A stretch of 54,161 bases of DNA, taken from a virus. Taxonomy: Duplodnaviria; Caudoviricetes. The position numbers and the translations under genes were made by a program. Shown here one piece after another: positions 11,740-21,976 of the stretch. The DNA lies in the IMG/VR virus record IMGVR_UViG_3300043446_003900, positions 1 through 54,161 of that record. One strand, given 5' to 3'. The notes under the pieces are model-generated. The model ran no database searches, was not told the DNA's origin, and saw only the letters and a list, made by a program, of their open reading frames with translations. Every line of letters begins with the position of its first letter. Position 1 is the stretch's first letter.

Positions 11740-11744
11740 ATTTT

Positions 11745-12236
11745 TTAATCTCTACCAGGAAATAAGTTTTCGGAAGGAACTGTTGGTTTTTCGGAAGGTC
11801 CTTGTCCAGAAGATAATTGATATGGTTGTGCAGTTATTGTACCCCAATAATTTAAAGTTGTTTTAAATTCTGTACTTTTTTGAGATTTTTGATCTGATAA
11901 CGTGCATTCATACCCAGGATTAGATCTACCAATTACTCCAAGAATTAAAGGTCTTTCACAGTCATCATCTAAAAATATTCCCATTACCCATTCACCACCT
12001 ATAATAGCTGTTGATCCTTTATTTAGTGTTCCTTGAGAAGAAGGTTTTAAAATAATTGCCCAAGGCAAGTCCTCATCAGCAAGAATATTACCTTCTTTTG
12101 GATGATATCCAACTATCCTAACCTGAACCCTATCACCCCACATAATAGAATCTGTTTTATTATCCGTTTGTCCTAGTGGAACTTGTCCTACCCACCATTT
12201 TGGTGAATTTTTACCAAAAAACCCTGGTTTAAACAT
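11745..12236 (-). CDS. gp5: gp5 N-terminal OB-fold domain protein (stand-alone)
   Basis: WWVGQV...RVQVRIVGYH...DEDLPWA...GEWVMGIFLDDD.ERPLILG matches the T4 gp5 OB-fold signature. Confidence 0.85.
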   Translation of the reverse strand: MFKPGFFGKNSPKWWVGQVPLGQTDNKTDSIMWGDRVQVRIVGYHPKEGNILADEDLPWAIILKPSSQGTLNKGSTAIIGGEWVMGIFLDDDCERPLILGVIGRSNPGYECTLSDQKSQKSTEFKTTLNYWGTITAQPYQLSSGQGPSEKPTVPSENLFPGRD

Positions 12237-12241
12237 TATTT

Positions 12242-13549
12242 CTATATTTTTCCTCCACTTGTATATATTCCATAAGTATCACGAATCAAAGTAAGAGAAG
12301 TAAAAGATCTTTCAGAATTAAATTCATGGCACAAATGAAGAATTAAATATTTTCCACTTTGAGATTCATCTATTGATCCAGAATTTTTACTACTTGCTGT
12401 TATTTTTTCAAATTCGCAAGTAATCACATTCCCTGCTCTTAATTTTGGATTACATGGAATAATAATATTTAAAACTTGACTTATCAAAAGATTATATCTC
12501 ATTGAAGAAACCGCAAGATATTGGCGAGGATCATTATTAAGATTTAAACTTAATCCCTTTTCCATATTACCAGTATCTAAAATAAAATTATGTGTTCTGG
12601 TAAAAACACTTTTATCTGAGTTTGGATATAAATCAGATGAATATTCTTGATCTCCTCCAAGAACTTTTATTTTAGATCCTTTTATATTCGTAAAAATTTC
12701 TTCATACTTTCCAGTTGAAAGATCTAAGAATACATTTTTAGATCTTAAACCTCCAGATCTAAGTAAATCAAGAAGATTTTGATCCTTCACAAATTCTGGT
12801 GGAGTTAAAATTCTATAATCATTATTATCATTATCTATACTTGAATTTGCAACATTATAATATTGATAAGTTTCTACCGAAGGGGAAGATACTAAACTAT
12901 CTACTGATTTATAATTAAAACCATCCTGGGTCTCCCAAAAAAAATATCCTGCAGTTCCATTTACAGGTATAGATTTTGGACATAATGATAATATAAGATC
13001 AAATGGTCTTTTTCCATTTCCAGGAAATGCAGCAGAATTTTGTGTGGGTTCTACTTCCATTATTTTATTGGAAGGTATCTTTAAATCATTAGAAAGTATT
13101 TGAGATACTGATTTTGATATATTATTATAATACTTAGAGTAAATGTTTGCATTTTCATTATTAACAGCATATTTTGAAATTAAATTTAAAGCAACAACTT
13201 GTTTAGTAGATTCTTGAGATGGAGAAGGTTTAGAATTAACTATAAGAGGATATGAAGTAAAATCTAAATTTCCAAGTTTACTTTCAATTTTAAATGAAAC
13301 TTCTTCATCACCACTTCCTCTTATTGGCAGTGAAGATACTATGGTTCCATATCTTTCTTGAATGTCCTGTGCTTTTTCCGCTTGTATTGCATTTCCAGAA
13401 TCTACAAAAACTATTTTTGCTGTTATATGTGGAGAAAACAAACTTTCATAATAACTAAAATTAACAGTTCTGCCTTCTAAAGAAACTTCTTTTCCTTTCT
13501 TACGAACTGTAATCTCTGAATATTTGGAAGATTTTGCAGCGTTTAACAT
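12242..13549 (-). CDS. Baseplate hub protein (gp27-like)
   Basis: YYESLFSP, GYFFWETQDGFN, LRAGNVI and SGKYLI.HLCH motifs; upstream of gp5. Confidence 0.7.
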   Translation of the reverse strand: MLNAAKSSKYSEITVRKKGKEVSLEGRTVNFSYYESLFSPHITAKIVFVDSGNAIQAEKAQDIQERYGTIVSSLPIRGSGDEEVSFKIESKLGNLDFTSYPLIVNSKPSPSQESTKQVVALNLISKYAVNNENANIYSKYYNNISKSVSQILSNDLKIPSNKIMEVEPTQNSAAFPGNGKRPFDLILSLCPKSIPVNGTAGYFFWETQDGFNYKSVDSLVSSPSVETYQYYNVANSSIDNDNNDYRILTPPEFVKDQNLLDLLRSGGLRSKNVFLDLSTGKYEEIFTNIKGSKIKVLGGDQEYSSDLYPNSDKSVFTRTHNFILDTGNMEKGLSLNLNNDPRQYLAVSSMRYNLLISQVLNIIIPCNPKLRAGNVITCEFEKITASSKNSGSIDESQSGKYLILHLCHEFNSERSFTSLTLIRDTYGIYTSGGKI

Positions 13550-13550
13550 T

Positions 13551-16139
13551 TTATACTAAACCTCGTACTATTATAGATTGTTGATTATTTACTACTTCTT
13601 TTGAAGAATATGTAGATCTTTGTTTAACTGGGAATGGTATAGGAACTGGTGGTCCTGAAGTAATAATTGGTTGTTGTGCAATAATAATTGTTTGTTCAAA
13701 TTCCTCTTGATCAAATTGTAAATTATTTTTGACCAACTTATTAGGTTCAATTAAATTTGAAGCACTAGAAATTTGATTGCTTTGACTTTTTACCCTCTCA
13801 AGTCGTTTGTAAAATTCATCTTTTGTTATTCTATCTCCATTTTCATCATAATACTTATCTTCAGGCAATCCAATAACATTTCTACCTTTTTCATAAGTTC
13901 CAACTCCAGGTATTTTAACTTTTTCTCCACTTCCAGGTTTAGAATTAATTACTGTTTTTAATCTATCTAAATTTTCTTGTTTGATTACAGGATCAATTTT
14001 TGGTTTAACATCTGGTTTTTCAATTTGAGAAAGAGGTGTTGATTTTGATCCTTCAGTTAAATGTCCAACAAATCCTTTTGTTCCTAATAGTTGCGCCCTA
14101 TATCCAAATCCATCAGGATGATATTTAACTGGACCAACAGGAATGGGAATATCAGTAGCACCTAATGCAACAATGTCAATTCCACCCCAGGAACTTTCCA
14201 TTGATCTTGATATATGAGCATTTTGTTCTGCAAGAATAAGATTTTGTATTTGACTATCAGTTAATCTTTCTCTAGAAGGATCATAAATTCTGTTAACATC
14301 AAGATTACTCAACACAAATCTTGTTTTTCTGGCAATTAAAGCTTTTACAACTCTAAAAGCGGCTCTTCTAGAATCAACTAATCCTTGATTAGATTGTTTA
14401 CCAACATATGCTAGAGTTTTAGGATCTAATAATTCCATAGGTCCAATATGCATATGAGGTCCTGTAGATCTTCCTGTACTTCCTTGAAAAGCTGTATTTT
14501 TACCCTTTAATTCCGTTGGAGTATATGGAGTAATTACCTCACCTTCAATAATAGTAGGGACATTTGCTGGTTTTAATTTACCTTTTCTAAATTCTTCAAT
14601 TTGAGCACCTTTTGGTTCAAATCCAAAAATGTGACCATTCCTTGTTACTTCAGTATCATCTGCTAGTTGATTATATGATTTGTTTTCTGTTGAAGTTGAT
14701 CTAAAACTATCCCTTGGACCAATAAAAGTTTTTGCTGATGATTGCTTACTGGGGTCTAAAATTGCTGCCGCCGATACATCCAATTGTTGTGGAGTTTTTC
14801 CATTCTTTTTAACAAAAGCAACAGCACTTTCTCTGTCCACAATTTTTCCCCAAGCAGATGGTCCACCATATCTCATAACTGGAGTATATTGTGAAGGTGC
14901 CAATAATGCGGATCTTATGCTTCCACCAGTCTTCCAAGGATCTCCTGGAGCACCAACACGATTATAAGTTACTTGAGCAACATCAGCATATCCTTGTTGA
15001 TTTATACCTTCATATAGAGCAACAGTTGATAATAACCAAAAGTCAGAACTATCACTTTTTACTACTTCACCTTCAAGAGGTATTTCATTACCTTCTTTTC
15101 CACCACCACCCCCACCACCTTTTTTATTATCACCCATCAATGACTTCAAATTTTTAAAATTTTCAATTAATTTTTCAAAGAGATTATTATTATTTTCTTG
15201 AATTTTTATATCAGTAAATTTTGCCACAGTATTTGACTTATACTTATCAAAAGATTCTGCTGATTTTATTGCTTTTCTTCCACTTGGAGTTCCGCCGGGT
15301 TTAGCAAAAGTTCTTGTGTTAATAGATTTTTTATTGGATTCAGTATTAGGTACTTTTTGTACCGTTCCACCTTTTGCAAAAGATTGTATTGGAATTGATG
15401 GAGGAGCTAATGGTGAAGGTAACGCTGGTGCTGGGGTTGGAGATCTTGGTCCAGAATTATACCTATTAATATTTTCTTTTCCGCGCTTAATAACTTCCTT
15501 AACTGAACTGCCTTTTTTTAAAGCTGCCATTCCACCACCAGATTTAAAAGAAGAATAATCTGGATTATTTACTGTTGGTGGGGGAGGACCAATAATTACA
15601 TTTCCAATTACTCCTAATAAATTATTTTCTATACCAGTAAGAAGTGAATCAATATTATTAATTAAGTCTTCTATGTCCTTTCTTTGCTTCGGAGTATTTT
15701 CATAAACAGAATCACTTATCATTTTAACAACATCAATAAGAGACTTTAATCCATTTCCAACGTTTTTAATAGTTTCTTTTATACCGTTTATAATCCATGG
15801 ATTTTTACCAAAAAATTCTTGAAGACCTTTAATAATTTTAGGAAGTTGATTAATCAATAATCCCATCAAAACAAGAGCAAAAAATTCTTTAATTTTATCA
15901 AAAATGCTCATAGGTGTGCTAATAAGTCTAGATTTTACAAACTCAATTGCTCTACTTATTTTAGATGGAGGTTTTTCTATACTCTGCTCTTTATCTGATC
16001 TTTTTTGATTTATAAATTGATTTCTAACAAAAGAATTTTCATCTGACCTAATCTTCTTTAATCTTTTATTGTTAGAAACTAAAGCACTTTGTATATTAGT
16101 AGAATTTAACTTTAATCTTTTTATTTGTTTTAAATCCAT
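13551..16139 (-). CDS. Tape-measure/hub-like virion protein with SleB-like cell-wall hydrolase and M23-like peptidase motifs
   Basis: Coiled-coil N-terminus; VALYEG...DVAQVTYNRV...LAPSQY (Hydrolase_2-like); GSTGRSTGPHMH (M23 HxH motif). Confidence 0.65.
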   Translation of the reverse strand: MDLKQIKRLKLNSTNIQSALVSNNKRLKKIRSDENSFVRNQFINQKRSDKEQSIEKPPSKISRAIEFVKSRLISTPMSIFDKIKEFFALVLMGLLINQLPKIIKGLQEFFGKNPWIINGIKETIKNVGNGLKSLIDVVKMISDSVYENTPKQRKDIEDLINNIDSLLTGIENNLLGVIGNVIIGPPPPTVNNPDYSSFKSGGGMAALKKGSSVKEVIKRGKENINRYNSGPRSPTPAPALPSPLAPPSIPIQSFAKGGTVQKVPNTESNKKSINTRTFAKPGGTPSGRKAIKSAESFDKYKSNTVAKFTDIKIQENNNNLFEKLIENFKNLKSLMGDNKKGGGGGGGKEGNEIPLEGEVVKSDSSDFWLLSTVALYEGINQQGYADVAQVTYNRVGAPGDPWKTGGSIRSALLAPSQYTPVMRYGGPSAWGKIVDRESAVAFVKKNGKTPQQLDVSAAAILDPSKQSSAKTFIGPRDSFRSTSTENKSYNQLADDTEVTRNGHIFGFEPKGAQIEEFRKGKLKPANVPTIIEGEVITPYTPTELKGKNTAFQGSTGRSTGPHMHIGPMELLDPKTLAYVGKQSNQGLVDSRRAAFRVVKALIARKTRFVLSNLDVNRIYDPSRERLTDSQIQNLILAEQNAHISRSMESSWGGIDIVALGATDIPIPVGPVKYHPDGFGYRAQLLGTKGFVGHLTEGSKSTPLSQIEKPDVKPKIDPVIKQENLDRLKTVINSKPGSGEKVKIPGVGTYEKGRNVIGLPEDKYYDENGDRITKDEFYKRLERVKSQSNQISSASNLIEPNKLVKNNLQFDQEEFEQTIIIAQQPIITSGPPVPIPFPVKQRSTYSSKEVVNNQQSIIVRGLV

Positions 16140-16142
16140 ATT

Positions 16143-18371
16143 TTATACACCTATCATACCAAGATCGTATGGTGTTGAGAATATATAAGGATTACCAAGA
16201 TCAAAAGAAGGTATTGCAGGAACTTGTGTTAAAGATCCATTAGAAAATTCTGGAATTTTTACATTATTAGCATTTGATGCCAAATTAATCGGTGGAATTT
16301 GATAAGGTATAATATTTGTTCTTCTAGTTGGTTTAAAGTTTTTAACAGGTATTTCTTTTTGTTTTGGTACGACATATTGACTTATTGTTTTTTCTACATT
16401 AAAAATTGATTGAGATTGTGATTTCCAAGAATCTACTGGAAGTGTTAATGGATTCTGTGGTAATTTTATTTCTGGTTGAGTATTTGGGGTGGGTTGAGGA
16501 GAAAAGGGGCGTGAACCAGGAATAGTATCACCAGGTTTATAAGGTTGTCCTGTAGGTTGTCCTGTGGGTGGTGGTGTTGTTGTAGGTTGTCCTGTAGGTT
16601 GTCCTGTAGGTTGTGTTGTAGGTTGTCCTGTAGGTTGTGTTGTAGGTTGTGTTGTAGGTTGTGTTGTAGGTTGTCCTGTAGGTTGTGTTGTAGGTTGTCC
16701 TGTAGGTTGTGTTGTAGGTTGTGTTGTAGGTTGTGTTGTAGGTTGTTGTTGTTCTGGAGTAGAATATCTTCCATATCCACCAGTTTCTTGAAATGTTCCA
16801 AATGCACTTTTTGGAATATTTTTTAATTTCTCTTTTCTAATTAATCCATTCAATTCTTTATTAAATTGATCTAATAATCTTCCAAATCTTTCAGAAGTTG
16901 AAAGTTGTCTAAAATTATTCTTTTCTTGCAAATCAACTGATTCTTTAAATGTCATCCATAATTTTCCAGCATGATCATTAATATCTTTTAATAATGGTCT
17001 GAAAAGCATTGCTGCAGATGATCGTATAACTTCTTCATTAGGAGCAAGCATAGCGGGAACACTATCAACATTTCCAGATCCAGGTCCACCAACTGTTCCC
17101 CCAGAAGAAAAAGTAGGAAGAAGAGAGCAAGTATCACACTTTTTACTACTATTTTCTTTAAATTGAATTGGTGTCTTTGGAATTGTTCCACCTTCCGCAG
17201 CATGTTGAACTCCAGGTTTATAATTTGGAATATAATCATTAAATCCAGGTGATTTTTGAGATACACCAATAGGTTCAAAAGACTTTCGAATTTCAACAAG
17301 TGCCGAAAAAATTGCAAACCACACAGCAGGATCTTGCCACCAGGGTTTTTGTTGTTGTGTAGGTGTTGTTGGAAATAGTGGTTGTGGTTGTGGTTGTTGT
17401 GGTCGTTGTGGTTGTTGTGGTCGTTGTGTTTGTGGTGGATTTACTGGTTTTACTGGTGGTGCTGGTACTACTGGAGGTATTGTTACTGGAGGTGTTACTG
17501 TTGGTGGGATGCCAGGTTGCTCAGGAAGCATTGACCTGATTGTATTCGCAAGAATTCCAGTAGCGATCAATTTTTTAATAACTTCAATAGCAAATTCAGG
17601 CGCTGTTTTTAAACAATTTAATATAGCTTTACAGTCAATTCCCCCAGCACCAGAAGTTTTTGCTTTTCTGAGATTATCCCACCCACCTTTTAATAAATCA
17701 ACACCTTTCCGTAATCCATTTACAATCCTATAAACTTTATATAAAAATCCTAATAATTTACCAAGGACTAAAATACGAACAATCCATCTCCAATGTTCAG
17801 CAATAAAACTAAAAAACTTTCCTACTTTTTCACGATTTTCTGGAACTTCTAACCATTTCCATGCACTGTTTACAAGAATTCCAGTTAAAAGAATACTAAA
17901 AAATTGAAGTATTTTATCAAAAATAGATTTAGCAGGTTCAGTTACTTTACTAAAAGCTTGTCCAATTTTTTCATTAATTTTATTGGATGATTCAATAGAT
18001 TTTTCTTTTGCGGATATTTTTTGTTTTTGAACAGATAATTTTGAATTTGCTAAAGTTTGTTTTTTTTCTGTTATTCTATTAGCAAAGTCAAGAGAAAGTT
18101 GTTTTTGTATTTCAACTAAAATTCTATTAGTTTCTACAAGAGTAGAATTTATAATTTTATCATTTTTAGTTGACTGATTTACCTGTGTCTTCAGTAAATC
18201 AGTCTCTTGTGTAAGATTTTTTTGTTTTGGTTGGAAAAAATTAAAACTAGATGTTTTAAATTTTTGATTTATTATTTCCGGAATGCTAGAAAAAACAGAG
18301 GAAGAAAAAGATCTCTTCCCTATTTTAGGTACTGATGGCGATTTAAAAAATGGTTGTTCTCCTAATGCCAC
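16143..18371 (-). CDS. Tape-measure/baseplate hub-like (gp29-region) protein with PTTQ repeats
   Basis: GTG start; coiled-coil N-terminus; [25 protein letters not shown] motif; follows gp51. Confidence 0.6.
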   Translation of the reverse strand: MALGEQPFFKSPSVPKIGKRSFSSSVFSSIPEIINQKFKTSSFNFFQPKQKNLTQETDLLKTQVNQSTKNDKIINSTLVETNRILVEIQKQLSLDFANRITEKKQTLANSKLSVQKQKISAKEKSIESSNKINEKIGQAFSKVTEPAKSIFDKILQFFSILLTGILVNSAWKWLEVPENREKVGKFFSFIAEHWRWIVRILVLGKLLGFLYKVYRIVNGLRKGVDLLKGGWDNLRKAKTSGAGGIDCKAILNCLKTAPEFAIEVIKKLIATGILANTIRSMLPEQPGIPPTVTPPVTIPPVVPAPPVKPVNPPQTQRPQQPQRPQQPQPQPLFPTTPTQQQKPWWQDPAVWFAIFSALVEIRKSFEPIGVSQKSPGFNDYIPNYKPGVQHAAEGGTIPKTPIQFKENSSKKCDTCSLLPTFSSGGTVGGPGSGNVDSVPAMLAPNEEVIRSSAAMLFRPLLKDINDHAGKLWMTFKESVDLQEKNNFRQLSTSERFGRLLDQFNKELNGLIRKEKLKNIPKSAFGTFQETGGYGRYSTPEQQQPTTQPTTQPTTQPTGQPTTQPTGQPTTQPTTQPTTQPTGQPTTQPTGQPTGQPTTTPPPTGQPTGQPYKPGDTIPGSRPFSPQPTPNTQPEIKLPQNPLTLPVDSWKSQSQSIFNVEKTISQYVVPKQKEIPVKNFKPTRRTNIIPYQIPPINLASNANNVKIPEFSNGSLTQVPAIPSFDLGNPYIFSTPYDLGMIGV
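16541..16746 (-). repeat. 12-bp tandem repeat encoding PTTQ/PTGQ
   Basis: Plus-strand tgtaggttgt(gt/cc) units repeated about 16 times with one interruption. Confidence 0.9.
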
Positions 18372-18539
18372 TTACTGCCTCTGTTTTGCGTTTTCTTCCT
18401 CAATATATTGTTGTAAAAGAGATACATAAACTTCTCTTTCCCAGGGAATCATATTATCAAGTTCAGTCAAAGAATATTTATGATGCTGCATTAAAGAAAA
18501 ATTAATTTTGTAATATGCCTCAAGACTAGTATGAGACAT
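18372..18539 (-). CDS. gp51: Baseplate hub assembly catalyst gp51 (absent from the ORF track)
   Basis: Hand translation: MSHTSLEAYYKINFSLMQHHKYSLTELDNMIPWEREVYVSLLQQYIEEENAKQRQ; directly follows gp26. Confidence 0.85.
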   Translation of the reverse strand: MSHTSLEAYYKINFSLMQHHKYSLTELDNMIPWEREVYVSLLQQYIEEENAKQRQ

Positions 18540-18541
18540 TA

Positions 18542-19264
18542 CTAACTGAAAAAACTTGCTAGTCCCTCCAATACAATTTCATTATCCTTTTTAGTTTTTG
18601 GATTTTTAACAACTACAGTATGAGTTAGTTTTGGCATAGACGTAAAGAAAGACTCAATTTCTTTAAATTGTTTTGTATTCATTTGTTCAATAAATTCCAC
18701 TAATTCTTGTTTGGTGCAATCTGATGCAGACCAACAATCCTCTGGAGTATATACCATATCAATACATGAAACTATCATATTTAAAGATTTATCAACATCA
18801 ACATTAGTTTGCTGAAATTCAAAATTATTTTCAACAAATTGTTCCAATGAAGGATATTTCATTTTCATAGATAAATTATCATCAATTTTAATGATGTTAG
18901 AATGATTTTTTTCTTTATGAACTTTAATGGTATCTAAATTAATTTCAGTGGATACTTGAGTTTCCCCATCATCTGGGCAAGTTACATTAACTTCTATTTT
19001 TTCGCCAATAGATTTTGCCCTGATATTTAAAAATAGATATTCAATATCAAAAGTAGCAAGTTCTGATATATTTACACCTTTTGTTTGAATACATTCACTT
19101 AATATTTGAACAATAGAATCTGTGATTGATTTCATATCTTCAGACTCTAATGCCATAATTAATATTTTTTCTTCTCTCACTAAAAATGGACGATATTTAA
19201 TTTTTTTACCAGTAGACGGAATTTCTAATTCATAAGTTGGTGTAGTAATTTTCGGTAAAGGCAT
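18542..19264 (-). CDS. gp26: Baseplate hub subunit gp26
   Basis: MPLPKITTPTYEL...YRPFLVREEKIL...DIEYLFLNIRAKSIGE...LEGLASFF. Confidence 0.9.
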   Translation of the reverse strand: MPLPKITTPTYELEIPSTGKKIKYRPFLVREEKILIMALESEDMKSITDSIVQILSECIQTKGVNISELATFDIEYLFLNIRAKSIGEKIEVNVTCPDDGETQVSTEINLDTIKVHKEKNHSNIIKIDDNLSMKMKYPSLEQFVENNFEFQQTNVDVDKSLNMIVSCIDMVYTPEDCWSASDCTKQELVEFIEQMNTKQFKEIESFFTSMPKLTHTVVVKNPKTKKDNEIVLEGLASFFS

Positions 19265-19291
19265 AATTCCCTAATACAATTCAGTTATGAT

Positions 19292-19298
19292 TATTTAT
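19292..19298 (-). promoter_or_regulatory. T4-type late promoter ATAAATA upstream of gp26
   Basis: Plus-strand tatttat about 28 nt before the gp26 ATG. Confidence 0.6.
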
Positions 19299-20125
19299 GG
19301 GTTTTTATAATACTTATCATACGTTGCTTGGCTAACAGTCTTTCTAACTATTTCTCCATCTATTAAAATGTCGACTGTATAAGTACCATCAGAGTTCCAA
19401 ATAGCTCCTTTAACATCGGCTCTTTGGGAAAATTCTCTAAACAAACGATAACGATCATAATTCATAGTAACAGTAACTTTCATAACTTCTGCTTCTCCAT
19501 ATGAAATTGGAATAGAAGCAATAGATTTTGGAAAAGCATTAATTAATTGATATGTTATATTAGTTGTTCCCTCAATGTCCCAATTGTTTTCAAACTTTTT
19601 AATGTAAATTCCATCTTGATTTTTATAAAGTTTTGGATAATTAAATCTTCTATAATATGGTCCAATGTTATTATCATATAAACTTGGTTCATCGGGAACA
19701 GGATCTGATGGAATTAATTTTTTACTATTTCCACCAGAAATATAATCCATCCAGGATTCAAAAAAAGCTAAAATATGATAATTATCATCAACATAAAAAC
19801 TAAAATCAATGTCTGTATTAATTCTAGTATGGGCAAATTCTTGTGAAACTCCCATAAAATTATCCTTTACTTCCGCAGTTGCATAAGTAGATGCTGGAAG
19901 ATTTGCATCACAACACAATAAAGATAATTTTTTTCTAAAAACACTATCCCAATTAATACCATAATACAAAGTATTATTTTTAAGATGATCTAAAAATGGT
20001 GTTGTAGGTCCAGCAGTTCCCCAAGCAGATTCTATAAAAACTTGAAATTTATTAGATCTCGCAAGACTACCAAATTGTTCCCTAGCACTAAGCATTGAAA
20101 GAGAACTAATTGCCGGAATTGGCAT
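19295..20125 (-). CDS. gp54: Baseplate tail-tube initiator gp54
   Basis: LARSNKFQV...CDANLP...FFESWMDYI...LINAFPKSI...KVTVTMNYDRY (tail-tube fold); divergent from gp4. Confidence 0.8.
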   Translation of the reverse strand: MPIPAISSLSMLSAREQFGSLARSNKFQVFIESAWGTAGPTTPFLDHLKNNTLYYGINWDSVFRKKLSLLCCDANLPASTYATAEVKDNFMGVSQEFAHTRINTDIDFSFYVDDNYHILAFFESWMDYISGGNSKKLIPSDPVPDEPSLYDNNIGPYYRRFNYPKLYKNQDGIYIKKFENNWDIEGTTNITYQLINAFPKSIASIPISYGEAEVMKVTVTMNYDRYRLFREFSQRADVKGAIWNSDGTYTVDILIDGEIVRKTVSQATYDKYYKNP

Positions 20126-20127
20126 TT

Positions 20128-20163
20128 CTAAATACCTAATATTAGACTATTAATGTTATTTAG
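20128..20163. promoter_or_regulatory. Pair of overlapping late promoters (CTAAATA) for the divergent gp54 and gp4 genes
   Basis: CTAAATA on + at 20128-20134 and on - at 20163-20157, within the 38-bp gp54/gp4 intergenic gap. Confidence 0.7.
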
Positions 20164-20601
20164 ATGTCATATAAAGGAAAATATAAACCTTCATATCCCC
20201 AAAAATACAAAGGTGATTCAACAAATATCATATACAGATCTTTGTGGGAAAGAAAATTCATGGTTTATTGTGATTTAAATGAAAATGTCTTAGAATGGTC
20301 TAATGAAGAAATGTTTGTTTGGTATAGATCTCCTATAGACAATAAACCTCATAGATATTTTCCAGACTTTTTAATCAAAGTCAAAGAGGAAACTGGAGCA
20401 ACCAAAAAATATATGATTGAAATTAAACCAAAAAAACAAATGACACCTCCACCAAAACCAAAGAGACAAACAAAGTCTTATATGTATGAAGCATATGAAT
20501 ATGCCAAAAATCAAGCAAAATGGGAAGCAGCAAAAGAATGGTGTGCTGATCGTGGATATGAATTTAAAGTTTTCACAGAAAATGAACTAGGTATTAAATA
20601 A
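20164..20601 (+). CDS. gp4: Head completion protein gp4 (TnsA-like nuclease fold)
   Basis: YKGKYKP..PQKYKGD..NIIYRSLWE...HRYFPDF...IEIKP...NQAKWEAA. Confidence 0.9.
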   Translation: MSYKGKYKPSYPQKYKGDSTNIIYRSLWERKFMVYCDLNENVLEWSNEEMFVWYRSPIDNKPHRYFPDFLIKVKEETGATKKYMIEIKPKKQMTPPPKPKRQTKSYMYEAYEYAKNQAKWEAAKEWCADRGYEFKVFTENELGIK

Positions 20602-21011
20602 TGCCAAGAAAAACTTTAAAAGAAAGACAACAAAAACAAAGTGTCACAGACACTAATGATAATGTCAATAGAATTAGATCAGTAATTGATAGATTAGTTG
20701 GTAACGAAGATCCTGATGATATAATGTTAGAATTGATAGAAGTTTTAAAAGAATCTCCAAAAATTCCTTCAATTGGAAAATTTTACATTTTTGTTTATAA
20801 TCCGAAAACACCAAATATACAATATGACCAAAATCCTTTTGTTGCAATAACAGATGTTTTTTCTTGGGGATTTCGAGGTATTAATTTTCATTGGGGAAAA
20901 GTACGTCAATATACTTGGGATGAAATACCGGGAAGCATTTACGAAGTTTATTCTTCAGAAATAAAAGATCTTGAGGAATTACCATTTAAAAAAATAAGAC
21001 TAAATAATTAA
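20601..21011 (+). CDS. gp2: DNA end protector gp2-like protein
   Basis: GKFYIFVYNPKTP..YDQNP...GFRGINFHW; position between gp4 and gp48. Confidence 0.7.
   Translation: MPRKTLKERQQKQSVTDTNDNVNRIRSVIDRLVGNEDPDDIMLELIEVLKESPKIPSIGKFYIFVYNPKTPNIQYDQNPFVAITDVFSWGFRGINFHWGKVRQYTWDEIPGSIYEVYSSEIKDLEELPFKKIRLNN
21000..21006 (+). promoter_or_regulatory. Late promoter CTAAATA upstream of gp48
   Basis: CTAAATA ends 15 nt before the ATG at 21022. Confidence 0.6.
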
Positions 21012-21021
21012 AAAAAGGATA

Positions 21022-21975
21022 ATGGCTACTGTACTAAGATATCCTTACGAAGCGATAACAGAAACAACAGATTATTTACAAGTTACAATTAAAAAGTATA
21101 AAGCTGGAGGTCTACCAGTACCTACAACAACTTTACCAAGTAGAAGTATATCATCTGTTGCTAATGTTGGAACCACTGCTTCATCTGTAGCAGAATTGGG
21201 TGACGATGGTATTATTTTATTACCTATGCCTTCAAATATTAGCGATTCTAATTCCGTTGGGTATGGTGAAGATTCAATGAATTCTTATGCAGGAATGGCA
21301 ATTGGTAATGTAACAACAGCTATAAAAATCCAAACTCCAGAAGCTGCTCAAAATTATCTAACAAAAACCTTTGGGCAGGGTGGACTTTTGAACAAGATTA
21401 TTGATGATAATGACGCGAAATTAGCAATTAACAGATATTTTGCCTCTCAAGCGGTAAATGTTTTTAGTGCAAACGTAACTCCAGATCAACTTTTAGCGAG
21501 ATCAACAGGAAGAATGTTTAATCCAAATATGGAGTTACTTTTTAATAACGTAACTTTGAGGTCTTTTAGATTTTCTTTTAAAATGACTCCAAGAGATGAA
21601 AATGAATCTCTTCAAATAAAATCTATCGTAAGATCTTTTAAAAGAAATATGGCACCAAAAGTTTATCAAAATGCTGCATTTTTAGAAACTCCAAATATTT
21701 TTGAGCTTACTTATAGAAAAGGAAATCAAAACCACCCATTCTTAAATAAATTTAAACAGTGTGCCTTAACAGACATGATTGTAAATTATACTGGTGAAAA
21801 TGTTTATGCAACTTATGCAGATGGGACACCAATATCTTTAGTTATGGATCTAACATTTAAAGAACTTCAACCAATTTATGATAGTGATTATGATAAAGAT
21901 GATAAAGGAACTAAATTTTCTGGATCAGATTTAGAATACAAGAGAACTGGTGGAACAGAGGGAGTAGGATACTAA
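21022..21975 (+). CDS. gp48: Baseplate tail-tube cap gp48
   Basis: LRYP...LPMPSNISDSNSV...NPNMELLF...LRSFRFSFKMTPR...CALTDMIVNYT. Confidence 0.88.
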   Translation: MATVLRYPYEAITETTDYLQVTIKKYKAGGLPVPTTTLPSRSISSVANVGTTASSVAELGDDGIILLPMPSNISDSNSVGYGEDSMNSYAGMAIGNVTTAIKIQTPEAAQNYLTKTFGQGGLLNKIIDDNDAKLAINRYFASQAVNVFSANVTPDQLLARSTGRMFNPNMELLFNNVTLRSFRFSFKMTPRDENESLQIKSIVRSFKRNMAPKVYQNAAFLETPNIFELTYRKGNQNHPFLNKFKQCALTDMIVNYTGENVYATYADGTPISLVMDLTFKELQPIYDSDYDKDDKGTKFSGSDLEYKRTGGTEGVGY

Positions 21976-21976
21976 T

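Noticed and set aside
16466-16826. Cys-rich (CRLC, GCPV) and QHNL repeat ORFs
   Set aside because: Shadow frames of the PTTQ 12-bp repeat inside the 742-aa gene.
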